A stretch of DNA of 64,000 nucleotides from Haliotis cracherodii (Eukaryota). The notes beneath the pieces are model-generated. The model had not been told where the DNA came from, did no database searches, and saw nothing but the letters and a program-made list of their open reading frames with translations. Below, one piece after another: positions 63,510-64,000 of this stretch. The stretch is taken from assembly GCF_022045235.1 (NCBI RefSeq), contig NW_027266341.1, positions 53,320,001-53,384,000 on the forward strand, written 5' to 3'. Numbering within the stretch: position 1 is the stretch's first letter; the number at the start of each line of letters is the position of its first letter. The translations under genes and the position numbers were made by a program.

Positions 63510-63686
63510 TTAAACATCAACTGTAAATGTATCGCGCCTTTGCGCAGAATTCAAAGGTCTTGTCTCCAGTAATGTCGTTATGTATGTCGAAAAACTCCAT
63601 AAAATGGAGCGGAAATGTCAGTTTGCGGATAACTTCTACCTGTGTGCATTTTTATTACCAATGCATGTAGAACCGTCGCCTTCCAG

Positions 63687-63692
63687 AATAAA
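63687..63692 (+). promoter_or_regulatory. Candidate poly(A) signal of the CXorf65-like gene (alternative AATAAA at 63874)
   Basis: First AATAAA downstream of the stop at 63222. Confidence 0.35.
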
Positions 63693-63924
63693 ACTCGATG
63701 GCCTATCGACTTTGGAGTAATTAATGTGAATATTACACGTACACGTAAAATGAAATAGTATATGTCATATATTTTATATTTTAGTTATCCATATAAAGGC
63801 ACCAAATATCTTACCAAACATTTTTATACAAGCATACGCTATAATATGAAATGAAAGTCGATGTAAGTTGTGTAATAAACGTCTACCAACATATATGTGT
63901 GTTCTGTCGTTTAAATTACCCGTC

Positions 63925-64000
63925 TATAGGAATAGGTCTTCAGCAACTCATGCTTGCAGTAAAAGGCGACTATGCTTCTCGTAAGAGGCGACTAACGGGA
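63925..64000 (+). mobile_element. Family C repeat running off the window edge
   Basis: aataggtcttcagcaac...gtaagaggcgactaacggga. Confidence 0.75.

Overview
Eukaryotic (animal) genomic DNA. The SINE families look like those of gastropod molluscs such as abalone; this is an inference from motif recognition. Three parts: (1) 1-46943 is a head-to-tail array of ~3.5-kb units: 13 near-identical copies plus a diverged, 5'-truncated 14th, open at the left edge. Each unit carries a small spliced minus-strand orphan gene: 3 exons, 107/120 aa, an acidic-aromatic core, a basic amphipathic C-terminus, and a poly(A) signal beyond a microsatellite-rich 3'UTR. Each unit also has a palindromic YY1-type motif and a MITE-like relic. 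(2) 47010-48296 is a deleted, frameshifted minus-strand thioester-protein (CD109/alpha-2-macroglobulin family) pseudogene, joined directly to the truncated last array copy through a 12-bp duplicated junction. (3) 51085-63222 is an intact 5-exon plus-strand CXorf65/C22orf15-like gene (163 aa). Its introns hold many SINEs of three families, a mariner relic and two related minisatellites. The N-runs are length-preserving masks over long microsatellites, not scaffold gaps. All gene models were derived by hand from splice signals and reading-frame logic and have no transcript support.
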